Positions 1 through 8,894 are shown, counted from the stretch's first letter. The stretch: 59,439 nucleotides of DNA from a virus (IMGVR_UViG_3300037459_000125:1-59439), one strand, 5' to 3'. Notes: generated from the sequence alone by a model not told the origin. Made by a program: numbers and translations.

Positions 1-127
1 GATGGGTGCTTCCATTACAGCCCGTACCTTCTCAGCCCAATGGTCAACGAGGAGATCGGGGACCTCCAGTAGAAAACTGTCGTGCATTTGAAGGATAATT
101 GGACAGTTTAGCAGGTCCAGCTCCCCC
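1..127. repeat. Terminal direct repeat, copy 1 (identical to 59313..59439); circular contig overlap
   Basis: Exact 127-bp identity of both ends; the PolA reading frame continues seamlessly across the join. Confidence 0.95.
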
Positions 128-1332
128 TGTCGTTGGTTCATCAGCAGCGCCCCGCCGAACTGCATCGGCAGGTTCTTCAACTCTCTATCCAACTCATGTC
201 CCCAGGGTTTGGCGATCCACCGTCGTGCCCCGAGGGGAGACTGGTAGTAGTGATTTCGCCTCACGAACTTGGCGGTCTCCTCTTGGAACTCCCGGACTCG
301 GTAGTGGATCCGATTCCACCGGACCCCCGCCTTTTTAATATCGGCCATCTTTAGTTTGAGGGTTTGGGGGACCTTGGTTTCGCAGAGAGGACATGGGCAG
401 AACAACCGCATTTTCATTGTCTCTGCGATACCACCGTAGCTCAGTCCGTAGAGGAAGCCTTTGGCGAAGTCTCGTGTCGGTTTATCCACCTCGGCCAGTC
501 CCACCCCAAAGAGATCGCTCCCATTTTGTCGATGAACGTCACCTCCGGACTCGAATACCTCGATAGACGGTCTATCGTTAGATAGATAAGCGAGGATCCT
601 AGCTTCCAACTGTGAGTAATCAGCTTGGAGGAATGTAAATCCGTCTTGTGATACGAAAACATGCCTAGCCTCCGGGGGGAACTGTTGAAGTGCAGGTTCA
701 GAGTAGCTGAACCTCATTGTCTTCGTACCGTACATCTTCACGTTGGCACGGACCCTACCGTCGGGGTCAGGTTCAAGGGTTAGGTATCTTTGGAGGATAG
801 TTTTGAGTCTACTGCGATGGAATAGAGCCTCAACCACTGGTCTGTGTCCTTCATCCTTCTTACGGAACCCTCGTAGTATTCGGTAAAGGCTCTCTTGGTC
901 AGTAGAATCTGCGCCTGTATCTGTCTTCTTCCCTGGTTTGAGTCCCAGTGTCCCGAATAAAAACTTACCCAACCTCTTCGAGCTTCCAATTCCGTTAGGG
1001 GACTTAGGAGTGGGGACCCGGAGTTCACCGGAGGTGTCGGCTTGGAGGATCGTATGGTCAGCATCATCGAGGTCGGAACGGACTTGCTTCCGATAGATCC
1101 GTAGGGCGTCGGTGTCCAAGAGAAGCCCGCGGGCCTGCATGTTAATGACGGCTGTCTGGAGGGGTTCCATAACCTGTAGAACGTAGTCGAGATTTCCTCG
1201 GGCTCGGAGTTCATCGAAGAGTGGCTTGACGAGGCGGGCTGTTTCGTATGAGTCTCTTGCATTATATACCCCCAAAATGGTTTCCGGCAGTTGCAAAAAT
1301 AGGTGGTTTGTGTTGACACTATACTTGCCCAC
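1..1332 (-). CDS. polA: Family A DNA polymerase (ExoIII motif plus polymerase domain), main part; about 472 aa in total, continuing across the origin to 59226. Missing from the ORF track
   Basis: Manual translation from GTG 1332: YNARD (ExoIII), GTKTMRFSYSEPALQQFP, motif A ADYSQLEARILA, motif B RDFAKGFLYGLSYG, motif C MHDS. Confidence 0.95.
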   Translation of the reverse strand, partial: MGKYSVNTNHLFLQLPETILGVYNARDSYETARLVKPLFDELRARGNLDYVLQVMEPLQTAVINMQARGLLLDTDALRIYRKQVRSDLDDADHTILQADTSGELRVPTPKSPNGIGSSKRLGKFLFGTLGLKPGKKTDTGADSTDQESLYRILRGFRKKDEGHRPVVEALFHRSRLKTILQRYLTLEPDPDGRVRANVKMYGTKTMRFSYSEPALQQFPPEARHVFVSQDGFTFLQADYSQLEARILAYLSNDRPSIEVFESGGDVHRQNGSDLFGVGLAEVDKPTRDFAKGFLYGLSYGGIAETMKMRLFCPCPLCETKVPQTLKLKMADIKKAGVRWNRIHYRVREFQEETAKFVRRNHYYQSPLGARRWIAKPWGHELDRELKNLPMQFGGALLMNQRQGELDLLNCPIILQMHDSFLLEVPDLLVDHWAEKVRAVMEAPI

Positions 1333-1967
1333 TATGCCTTCCCATCTCCTTCGTCTCCCTCGTCAGTCAGTCTCTTCCAGCAAGGCGCAAAGTTATAGAG
1401 TGTAGCACAGAATTGCAACCCTTTACTCATTTCTGGATAACAGGCGTGTTGGAGGTTCAGTGTGTCGATGAGTCTTCCTTTGACTTGGAACCCGAGTGCG
1501 TGGAGAATAGGGACATCATAGACAACTCCGTTATGAAAGACCTTCCCAAGTCGAGGGTTATCCAAAATACCGTAAAGCCAAGCCACAACAGTGAGCAACT
1601 CCACACGCGAACGCCAGTAAGTCCCTCCGCCACGGCGACGAAAACGAAGGCAGATAGTGCTCCCAATGTCCCCACTATCAATAGATAGCAAAGTAAACCC
1701 AATGCAAATGATGTGGGGCCCAGCATTCTCGATGTCGATTGAGACGGCATCATAGTCCTCCAACTTTAGGGTGAACTGTTCCAGATCCTTCAGACTTGGG
1801 AAGAGAATAGTATTAGGCGGAGCCCGAGAGACATCTATCTCCGGCATCGGAACCTTCCCCTTCACCAACTTCCCCAACCTCCGGAGGTAGGTCTCTTGGC
1901 AGGGTTCCTTGGACCACTGTCCGCGGACTATCGCACCCGGATGTTGAATGGGGGAGACGAGGGTCAT
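1332..1967 (-). CDS. UDG C-terminal fragment fused to PolA-type 3'-5' exonuclease ExoI/ExoII
   Basis: N-terminal VSPIQHPGAIVR (UDG HP motif); SIDIEN (ExoI), FHNGVVYD (ExoII), DTLNLQH; no ExoIII. Confidence 0.85.
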   Translation of the reverse strand: MTLVSPIQHPGAIVRGQWSKEPCQETYLRRLGKLVKGKVPMPEIDVSRAPPNTILFPSLKDLEQFTLKLEDYDAVSIDIENAGPHIICIGFTLLSIDSGDIGSTICLRFRRRGGGTYWRSRVELLTVVAWLYGILDNPRLGKVFHNGVVYDVPILHALGFQVKGRLIDTLNLQHACYPEMSKGLQFCATLYNFAPCWKRLTDEGDEGDGKA

Positions 1968-2413
1968 TAGTTAACTATCTCCTCCCACTCTCCACCGCGA
2001 GAGGTACACATCATTACAGCGTTGGTAGTATTGTTCACATAGATTTGACCCGTTGCCGTACAATCCGGTTCACTGTCACGTCTAAGCCTATCTAGGTATG
2101 GAATCTTACGTGCGTCCAAGCATGCCATGATCTTAGGGGCCCAACTAATGGGGGTGTTTCGGATCCAATCCTCAAGTTCTTCACCTTCCTTATTCCCAAG
2201 CTCGTCACACATCTCTTGATAGGTGACAGTTTGATGGCTGAAAACTCCGCGGGGAAGTTCCATTGGTTCTCCAGGCTTGGGGTCTCCACCCCGATCCACA
2301 AACGCCATCACCAGTAGACCCAACCCCAGACCGATTGGGGTTGTGATAAGAAAGAACCGTCGGACCCGGTCTCCCTTAGTGACTATTCCTTTGCTGGGAG
2401 GGACTCGGGTCAC
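1967..2413 (-). CDS. Single-pass membrane protein with Cys-paired C-terminal domain
   Basis: Basic N-terminus, hydrophobic helix, 4 Cys downstream. Confidence 0.7.
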   Translation of the reverse strand: MTRVPPSKGIVTKGDRVRRFFLITTPIGLGLGLLVMAFVDRGGDPKPGEPMELPRGVFSHQTVTYQEMCDELGNKEGEELEDWIRNTPISWAPKIMACLDARKIPYLDRLRRDSEPDCTATGQIYVNNTTNAVMMCTSRGGEWEEIVN

Positions 2414-2457
2414 CTCACACCTACTGTGCAGCCGCTACGCGACACACCGTCAGACAC

Positions 2458-2799
2458 TTAGAAAAGTCTCCCATACATACAGGCAAGGATCGAGGCCAGT
2501 TCTTTATCCTCATCGTTCCACATCCATGCCTCGAAAGCCTTAACATCTCGGGCGGGCATCTGCCGGATTGCCTCACAGGTTTCTTCGAGGGAGAGGACTG
2601 GGGGGGCGTAGAAGAGGTTGTTGGAAGTATCCACAACCCAAGTCCCCCCACTGTTCTCAATCAACTCCTCGTCGGCCTCAACCACCGCGGGCTCCGTCGG
2701 CTCAATCTCCACCACCCCCGAGATCATCCACATCGCCAACCCGACCACCACAAGGGCAATCACACCGAACCTCACCACGGACTTTGTATCTTGGTGCAT
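2458..2799 (-). CDS. Single-pass membrane protein, probable paralog of 1967..2413
   Basis: TM helix; shared C..E.W..N..I.AC pattern. Confidence 0.7.
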   Translation of the reverse strand: MHQDTKSVVRFGVIALVVVGLAMWMISGVVEIEPTEPAVVEADEELIENSGGTWVVDTSNNLFYAPPVLSLEETCEAIRQMPARDVKAFEAWMWNDEDKELASILACMYGRLF

Positions 2800-2802
2800 A
2801 AT

Positions 2803-3048
2803 CTAGGATTCCTCTTTGGTTGGTGGTGTGCAGACCCGGATCATTATACACTCCCCACTTTCGGGGGAGAAGGTTTCGTAGTCTGAAGGGGTATCTGTCC
2901 ATTTCCAGGTGGACTCGTCTATGTATGATTTCAGACCACCTTCGATAGGCTCGGGGTCCGGTGACACCAACCAAAGAACCCCGAACATCCCAGCCACTGC
3001 CGCGATGAAAATACAGAATCCTATTGCAGACTCAGGGTCTTTTGTCAC
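2803..3048 (-). CDS. Small single-pass membrane protein
   Basis: Hydrophobic N-terminal helix, C-terminal Cys pair. Confidence 0.6.
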   Translation of the reverse strand: MTKDPESAIGFCIFIAAVAGMFGVLWLVSPDPEPIEGGLKSYIDESTWKWTDTPSDYETFSPESGECIMIRVCTPPTKEES

Positions 3049-3217
3049 AATTTTATACCCCCCGTCGGGTAGGTGACACAGTTATCAGAATGGGGTCAAA
3101 GGAAAACTACAACGATGATGATCCCGATGATCGTCCCCATAATGAGGCCACCGCCTGCGCCACTCTGAGGATTCCAAAACTGCCATATAGGTGCCGTCGC
3201 TTTCGGATGCCAGCCCA

Positions 3218-3478
3218 TTACCGTCTCATCCTCCCTTCCCCCAGCAACAACCAATTCATATTGATCTTCTCCTTCCGAGCCAGGTGAATAAGGAAATCCG
3301 CATGGGGCGAGGTCCCACCGGACAAGTAGCGGCTGATGTTCTGCTGGGGGACACCCAGCTCCCGTCCCCACTGATGTTGGCTCCGGCCCCCGATGACGGT
3401 CCACATCCGATCACTAATGGCGGAGGTGTTCCGGCGGAGGGGTTTCAGGGACTTTCCGTTACCGTTCTTTTTGGGCAC
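3218..3478 (-). CDS. XRE/Cro-CI family HTH regulator
   Basis: SQHQWGRELGVPQQNISRYLSG..P and NMNWLLLGEG signature. Confidence 0.9.
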   Translation of the reverse strand: MPKKNGNGKSLKPLRRNTSAISDRMWTVIGGRSQHQWGRELGVPQQNISRYLSGGTSPHADFLIHLARKEKINMNWLLLGEGRMRR

Positions 3479-3653
3479 TGTTGACTCCTTTCAGGCACGC
3501 GGTTAGATTATGGCCGTTGGTTCGGGAAATACATAGTGTTTCAGGTGTGGAATAAGTGTTCATTCCGCATTGGCCGATCAACGTGCCGAGAATAAGAACC
3601 ACTGCGATAAAGGCCGCTGTAAAACATCTAGCCTCGTTTTGAATGTCGGACAT
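3459..3653 (-). CDS. Small membrane protein
   Basis: Hydrophobic helix, Cys pair, SD upstream. Confidence 0.55.
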   Translation of the reverse strand: MSDIQNEARCFTAAFIAVVLILGTLIGQCGMNTYSTPETLCISRTNGHNLTACLKGVNSAQKER

Positions 3654-3665
3654 GGGGGGCTACTC

Positions 3666-3995
3666 CTATTCAGGTTGGGCGGTTCCACAGATTCCGCACT
3701 TGTGGGGGTTGGACATCTTCCGCCCGCAATTCAGGCAGTTCCTCTGGTTCGGTTTAGTGGCGAGGGAGAAGGTCTTGGCCTCCACGATCTTCAGTCGGTG
3801 GTCGAGGTCATCCAGACACCGGCTGTGGTGTTCATACTGGGAGACCGTGGACTTGACGTGTTCGGTCAGGATCTCCATGTCCGCGCCGATCTTCTCTAGG
3901 CGTTCGAGAATGTCTCCGATGGGGCCTGGGAGGGTGGCCGGGACTTCTTTAGGGCCTACTACTTTAATCCTGTCTTCGTATACCTTTTCAGACAT
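3666..3995 (-). CDS. Coiled-coil protein with C-terminal zinc ribbon
   Basis: Heptad pattern; CLNC...CGIC. Confidence 0.7.
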   Translation of the reverse strand: MSEKVYEDRIKVVGPKEVPATLPGPIGDILERLEKIGADMEILTEHVKSTVSQYEHHSRCLDDLDHRLKIVEAKTFSLATKPNQRNCLNCGRKMSNPHKCGICGTAQPE

Positions 3996-4497
3996 CGTTC
4001 TCTCCCACTGGAGGTAGGTTTACCTCATTCATCGTTCCCATAAACTTCTCCGCTCCCTTATCCGGGTCAATTCCCAGAAGCCACTTAGCTGCTGGAACGC
4101 CCACTGGGACAACTACTCGGAGCGCAGCCGTCCCCTCCCCAGAGTGCAGCCACGGTCCCACATGAGCGTTCCAACAAAACTGTATCTCCGCTTGGGTCGG
4201 CTCCCGATTCCCGTTCCCGACTCCGTTCTTCTTGGTCTTTGGTAGCCAGCATTGGACGAGGTTCCCGAGGGAGATCTGAGTTCGGCTGATCCCGGACCGA
4301 TAGAGCCATTTGGTGAGCCTCTCCCCGATGGGAGCCTCGGGATAGAAGGGTTGGGAATTCCAAGCCTCCTGTTCTCCGGGGCCCTGACCTACGAGGACCA
4401 GTCCGGAACTGGCGGGTCCTGAGGGCGGCACGAAGCCGATTCCCCAAGAGTTCGCGGAACAGCCCTCGCAGGCTTTAGGGCGGGGGGAGTAGGTCAT
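3988..4497 (-). CDS. Family-4-like uracil-DNA glycosylase, N-terminal fragment lacking the HP motif
   Basis: CEGC, VGQGPGEQE..QPF, NLVQC, NREPT.AEI.FC, VPVG..A; four Fe-S-type Cys; start placed at ATG 4497. Confidence 0.88.
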   Translation of the reverse strand: MTYSPRPKACEGCSANSWGIGFVPPSGPASSGLVLVGQGPGEQEAWNSQPFYPEAPIGERLTKWLYRSGISRTQISLGNLVQCWLPKTKKNGVGNGNREPTQAEIQFCWNAHVGPWLHSGEGTAALRVVVPVGVPAAKWLLGIDPDKGAEKFMGTMNEVNLPPVGENDV

Positions 4498-4501
4498 TCC
4501 G

Positions 4502-4693
4502 CTAAACCTTTGGGTGTTCCATGTACTCAACAACTTGAGTTAAGTTTACTGTAACCATTACAATTCCACACTGATGAACATGATGATGGGAATCTTCAAG
4601 ATCTGCAACGGTCGGGAACACTTGACCCTCCACAACACCTAGACGGTCAAATTCCACCCAGCACATGAATCCCTCTTTTATCTTTTTATCCAT
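4502..4693 (-). CDS. Hypothetical protein
   Basis: Tiles the operon, SD-like sequence upstream. Confidence 0.5.
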   Translation of the reverse strand: MDKKIKEGFMCWVEFDRLGVVEGQVFPTVADLEDSHHHVHQCGIVMVTVNLTQVVEYMEHPKV

Positions 4694-4712
4694 CTCTAGC
4701 CCCCCCTAAACA

Positions 4713-4901
4713 CTACTCATTGGGAAGTTCCTCTTTCTTTTGGTTAAGCCAAAGTTCAACAAAACCTGCGGCAGCTTGGACTGACTCGTCATACGCAGCT
4801 TGGACAGCAGTGTCAACCGGGAAGTTGTCCCGGTTTCTCAAATAAATTCGATAGAAGAGTTCCCAGACTGGACCCCTATTAAGTTCACTGATGGGAATCA
4901 T
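4713..4901 (-). CDS. Hypothetical protein
   Basis: ATGA overlap with the upstream gene. Confidence 0.55.
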   Translation of the reverse strand: MIPISELNRGPVWELFYRIYLRNRDNFPVDTAVQAAYDESVQAAAGFVELWLNQKKEELPNE

Positions 4902-5380
4902 TCCTTCATCCTCTCTTCAATCCTCTTGGTCAGAGGAGTTGGGTTCGTATCTACTCCTCGGATATCCTTTGCGGACATCACAAGGACCGGGGCCCTGAAC
5001 TCTCGGTCCATCATCGAGACCCGCAGGGGCATACCGGTGTGGGAGCCGAAGATGACGTGGAGACCCAGCAATACCTCAGACCTATCAGTGGCCACCTCGC
5101 TGTCTTGGATTACCCCAATAGGTCCGGAGAGGTTGTTTTCGTATATGTGATCTCCGGCTAGGGGGCCAGCCGCAATAATATACCCAACCCCCATCTTCTC
5201 ATCGGACACAATGTAGTCGGGGATCTTGATTGGTCCGTACTCCTCCGGCGGGGGTTCCAAAAGAACGTGAACCAGATTCCCCGTCGGATGAATGGTGAGG
5301 ACATCCAAGCTGACGGCCTGCCCAGTCAACTCCAGGATATCGTGGGCCTTCATTATTTGGGCGTGCCAGAAATCGGACAT
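4898..5380 (-). CDS. groES: GroES/Cpn10-like co-chaperonin
   Basis: IHPTGNLVHV...IKIPD...GYIIAAGP...VIFGSHTG...VMSAKDIRGV; AAGGAG before ATG 5380. Confidence 0.8.
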   Translation of the reverse strand: MSDFWHAQIMKAHDILELTGQAVSLDVLTIHPTGNLVHVLLEPPPEEYGPIKIPDYIVSDEKMGVGYIIAAGPLAGDHIYENNLSGPIGVIQDSEVATDRSEVLLGLHVIFGSHTGMPLRVSMMDREFRAPVLVMSAKDIRGVDTNPTPLTKRIEERMKE

Positions 5381-5388
5381 CAGTCTCC

Positions 5389-5652
5389 TTAGGGTTCGGA
5401 AAACTCTTCCAGTTGATCTTTTGTCGGTTCCACAGCACCTAGATTTTTGAGCCATTCAACGAAGGTTATGTATTTTATGGGATTCTTGCTTTTGGGGCGA
5501 AGCCCATTTCTCGGTCTGTAATACACATCCTGATACCATTCCCGCCAATTCTGTGCCTCAACCTCAACCCCTACATTCTCGGGTAGAATCAGATGATCCA
5601 CACTGGCGTCCGCCCAGTCACCCCCACCGAGGATTGCTGTGATCTTAGGCAT
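5389..5652 (-). CDS. Hypothetical protein
   Basis: GAGGAG before ATG 5652. Confidence 0.6.
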   Translation of the reverse strand: MPKITAILGGGDWADASVDHLILPENVGVEVEAQNWREWYQDVYYRPRNGLRPKSKNPIKYITFVEWLKNLGAVEPTKDQLEEFSEP

Positions 5653-5705
5653 CTCTTCCTCCTCTGTACTCTCTATGCGAAGAAAGCCAGCACAGTGCGG
5701 GGCCA

Positions 5706-5990
5706 ATGCCCCCCGAGCCCGATAGGCCCAGGAGGGCTTTAGGTTCCGGCGCTACCGGATCCACTTCAACTAGAGTCCACCCGGGTGTCCTCTAGAAGCA
5801 TCAACCCCGGTCTCCCGGGGAACCAGTTCGGGGTGGGTCAGAGCTAGACCCCGAACAACTAGCGGGAGACCCCCGCCCCGTGGGCGATCTACACGGGTTC
5901 GCCATCTGGGGGAACTCCCGGGCCTTCCGGAAACTGCGGCTCACAGCCATCCGGACCTGCCAACTAAGGTGTTTCTCAACCCTGTTAGCT
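5706..5990 (-). ncRNA. Candidate structured RNA/ssDNA element (six or more tandem hairpins)
   Basis: Gene-free gap with stems CCCCGG-GAGA-CCGGGG, CTAGAG..CTCTAG, GTTCGGGGT..ACCCCGAAC, TCCGG..CCGGA, GCGGG..CCCGC. Confidence 0.5.
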
Positions 5991-5991
5991 T

Positions 5992-6441
5992 CTAAACCCC
6001 GAACACCTGAAGAAGCCGTCCCGTGTAGAACCGGTCCGTTGTCGGATCACCAGTGTTCTTTTTACTGGCCTGTTCATCACCGACTTCAACGCCACACATC
6101 AGACCGACTACCTGATCGGTATCATGGCGGAAGGTGTCGCCTTCTACCGCAACACCCATCCCGGTAAGCCAAGCCCCAAGTTTGGAACCAGAGTTTGCCC
6201 CAATGGGCTCGTGATGGAAGATGTCACAGGTTGGTCCACCGTTCTGTTTCACCCGAATCCGGATGAATGACCAGTCCTCTACGTTCTCTTTATCCTCTTG
6301 ATCCCAACCGGGTGTCTCATCGGCGGGGAACTGATAATCTACTACCTGACATTCGGCCTGATTGGTCTGACCCGGACCGTACATACCTCCGTGGAGGTAG
6401 GGACGCTTTTGGGCATCGGGGTGCATCTCAACAATAGGCAT
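5992..6441 (-). CDS. Putative ssDNA-binding protein (DUF669-like)
   Basis: Size, beta-rich pattern, KLGAWLTGMG..DTDQVVGLMCGVEV; sits downstream of the Sak4-like ATPase. Confidence 0.55.
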   Translation of the reverse strand: MPIVEMHPDAQKRPYLHGGMYGPGQTNQAECQVVDYQFPADETPGWDQEDKENVEDWSFIRIRVKQNGGPTCDIFHHEPIGANSGSKLGAWLTGMGVAVEGDTFRHDTDQVVGLMCGVEVGDEQASKKNTGDPTTDRFYTGRLLQVFGV

Positions 6442-6639
6442 AGCGATGGTGCTCCTTCTGGTTGTTTACGAGTACTCGTTTACTGCCTTGCTACATCAGT
6501 AGATTTTTTACGTTGGGGACCTCCCCCCTGTCAACCATCCAATTCATTATATCCAGAAACATTTTGAGTTGAGTATTATCAAGAGTTTCTAAAAATGGTG
6601 TAACCTTCACTGCCGTTTCTTCCTCTATTTTAGACACTG

Positions 6640-6888
6640 TTACTGCCTCCTTTCCCCCGGGGGCTTCCCAGGGCCAATAGCTTTCGACCAATTTCGAAGG
6701 GTCCGCTCCATGCCCTCGGTAAAGTAGGCTCCGTCCTTCAGGCGGGCCCGGAGTCCAATGAGACTGAGGTGAACGGAGGAGGTAAACGGGTGGACCTCGG
6801 TGGACTGTTTGATAATCCGGATAGTCTCGTCCGCTAGGATGACTCCCTCGGCGTTGGTTATGGAGGCGGGGGGTTTGGGTTTAGACAT
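6640..6888 (-). CDS. Hypothetical protein
   Basis: Tiles the operon. Confidence 0.55.
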   Translation of the reverse strand: MSKPKPPASITNAEGVILADETIRIIKQSTEVHPFTSSVHLSLIGLRARLKDGAYFTEGMERTLRNWSKAIGPGKPPGERRQ

Positions 6889-7049
6889 TCGAGGATTCTA
6901 TAATATTCTTGATTGCCGTAGTTGCGTCTCGAATTGCACTCATTTCATAACAGAGTGTTTTGTCTTCACTATTCTTGTCCAGCAAACTATTAACCTTGTT
7001 CAATAGTTTTTGTATTAGCATTCGAGCACTGTCTTTTCCCACCCTTATT

Positions 7050-7865
7050 TTAGCCAACCGGAGTCTCCTTCTTCTTATCCCACTCCTTCCTCAGAGTCGG
7101 GTAGTCCCCTGGGGTAATAGTGGGGAGGCCCCCTCCCTTACAGGTAATGAACGGATTGGGAGGAACCGAGTGGCAGATGAACTCCTTGGAGGGGATGAGT
7201 TTGGATCCACCACCCGGCTGGGGGACAGGTTGAGAGGAAATTTGAGCTTTGCAGTAGAGGACCGTGTCGATGTAAGCTTCGATCTCATCCTTGAACCGAC
7301 CGGAGATCATCGGGGATGTCTTGATGAGACCTCCCTTGTCGTCGGTGACATCCATCAGATGATAGTTGAAGACGATGTTGTAGGAGGGTTTACCCTCGAT
7401 GGGCGCTGCCGCAGAAGTGAGGTCGGCACAGATGGAGCGGAGTTTGTTGAGGATAACTCCCCAGTCAGGGATGGTGAGTTTGGGTTTGATCCCCTGGACA
7501 TCGTTGACAACCATCGCGGCCATACCGTCGATGGTATCTATGATGATTGTCTCGGCCTCGAACTCCCGATGGAGAACGGGGCGAACAAACTCATCCTCGA
7601 ACTCTTTGAGAGTATCGGGGAGGAATAGCTTGGCATCCAACCCACCCTTTATCAGATCCGAGATGGTCCCAAGGTTGCGGTCGAAGTAGGCCCACTTCTG
7701 CGGCCCGGGCCATGTGCTGGCATTGTGGGTCTTACCGGAGCCTGGATCACCTTTGTAGGCTATGGATTTCTTGGACTCGCCAAGGTTCTCGGCTGTTAGG
7801 ATCTTCACAGTGGGGGGCCTCCTCAGTGGTTGCATGGACGGTAACTCATTACTCAGAATTGTCAA
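7050..7865 (-). CDS. AAA_24/Sak4-like RecA-fold ATPase (ssDNA annealing)
   Basis: Walker A GDPGSGKT, Walker B IIIDT, YFDRN, PMISG..EAYIDTV. Confidence 0.85.
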   Translation of the reverse strand: MTILSNELPSMQPLRRPPTVKILTAENLGESKKSIAYKGDPGSGKTHNASTWPGPQKWAYFDRNLGTISDLIKGGLDAKLFLPDTLKEFEDEFVRPVLHREFEAETIIIDTIDGMAAMVVNDVQGIKPKLTIPDWGVILNKLRSICADLTSAAAPIEGKPSYNIVFNYHLMDVTDDKGGLIKTSPMISGRFKDEIEAYIDTVLYCKAQISSQPVPQPGGGSKLIPSKEFICHSVPPNPFITCKGGGLPTITPGDYPTLRKEWDKKKETPVG

Positions 7866-8109
7866 CCGGTCTTGGTTTCAGGATCGCATCCATAAGAGCC
7901 TCTCCGGGGTCTTTGGATTCTACGATCTCTATCGCCTCAACCAACAATGATCGCAGCCGCTCGATCTCGTCGATGAGCCGGAACCCCCAGCCCAGCGCCT
8001 CGCTCATCTCATCTGGACTCAGCGAGCGCACACCCTCTGCTGCAAAATGGGTTAGCCGCGCTCGGGCCTTGCCTACATCCACCTCACCCATCCCCGCCCC
8101 CCTCTCCAA
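7849..8109 (-). CDS. Hypothetical protein
   Basis: LIDEIERLR motif typical of small phage ORFs. Confidence 0.55.
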   Translation of the reverse strand: MERGAGMGEVDVGKARARLTHFAAEGVRSLSPDEMSEALGWGFRLIDEIERLRSLLVEAIEIVESKDPGEALMDAILKPRPVDNSE

Positions 8110-8386
8110 CCAAACCTTCCAGTTCCTTTACCTTTTCTATCATCTCACCCATCTTGACAATCCCAATGAACCCCCAGAGGACCACATCGAACAACTCCTG
8201 TTCTTGTTCTTCGAGGAGAGAACTCAAAGGCCGGTCGAAACTCTGATCCCCGTACTCCCGGTGCCCCTGTCGGAGCCGCTTCAGGAATCGCTTCTCAAAC
8301 GCGGGCCACTCCTTCTTGTAGCGGGGGTCGATACGTTGGCCCGGTCGGCGTTTGTCGTTCCATTGGGTCAAGTCAGGATCTCCCAT
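8084..8386 (-). CDS. Hypothetical protein, possibly all-alpha NTP pyrophosphatase-like
   Basis: RLRQGHREYG...EEQEQELFD acidic helix. Confidence 0.4.
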   Translation of the reverse strand: MGDPDLTQWNDKRRPGQRIDPRYKKEWPAFEKRFLKRLRQGHREYGDQSFDRPLSSLLEEQEQELFDVVLWGFIGIVKMGEMIEKVKELEGLVGEGGGDG

Positions 8387-8685
8387 CGACTCAACAGTTC
8401 CAAGACTGTAGCGGCAAGGGTCCCACCCACTCCCCACCCGGCAGCCTCCCAGAGACGATGGGGGGTGATCCAGCCGAAGAAGGTTTCATCGCGGACTGTG
8501 AAAACTGTACTCAATTTACCATCCACAAGTACCTTCGTGTCCTGAACCTTAGTGATCTTCCTCCGATGCTGTGTCTTCTCCCAGAAGAACCCCAGTAGGA
8601 AGAAAGAGGGGATGGCCAGCCAATGACACCAACTGATCCCTAGGACAATCACGGTGGCCGCAATTAGATGTAGTACTCCGCCCAT
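8368..8685 (-). CDS. Membrane protein
   Basis: Two to three hydrophobic segments. Confidence 0.6.
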   Translation of the reverse strand: MGGVLHLIAATVIVLGISWCHWLAIPSFFLLGFFWEKTQHRRKITKVQDTKVLVDGKLSTVFTVRDETFFGWITPHRLWEAAGWGVGGTLAATVLELLSRWEILT

Positions 8686-8894
8686 TAGAACGCCTCTCCT
8701 ATTGACTCACACCGATTCAAACATGCCTCCCATCCCTCGCCACATTGGTTCAACAAATCCGCTGCTTCACCCGCTATCCTATCAAACTCATTAATATCAA
8801 GCTGGTGTTGGTAGTAGTTCCCGAAGTCAAACCCGGCTCCGAAGATCCCGGCTCCGAGGATGGCTGAGAATAGGATTAGTAGGTAGGTTCTCAT
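8685..8894 (-). CDS. Small membrane-anchored protein
   Basis: N-terminal hydrophobic helix, three C-terminal Cys. Confidence 0.6.
   Translation of the reverse strand: MRTYLLILFSAILGAGIFGAGFDFGNYYQHQLDINEFDRIAGEAADLLNQCGEGWEACLNRCESIGEAF

Noticed and set aside
441-1319. ORFs 780..1319 and 441..662, or a frameshift in polA
   Set aside because: Both are alternate-frame shadows; counting the G6 run near 674-679 shows polA is continuous.
1325-1365. Programmed -1 frameshift joining exo and pol
   Set aside because: No in-frame X XXY YYZ heptamer in the short open overlap; SD plus TAG/GTG coupling is the simpler explanation.
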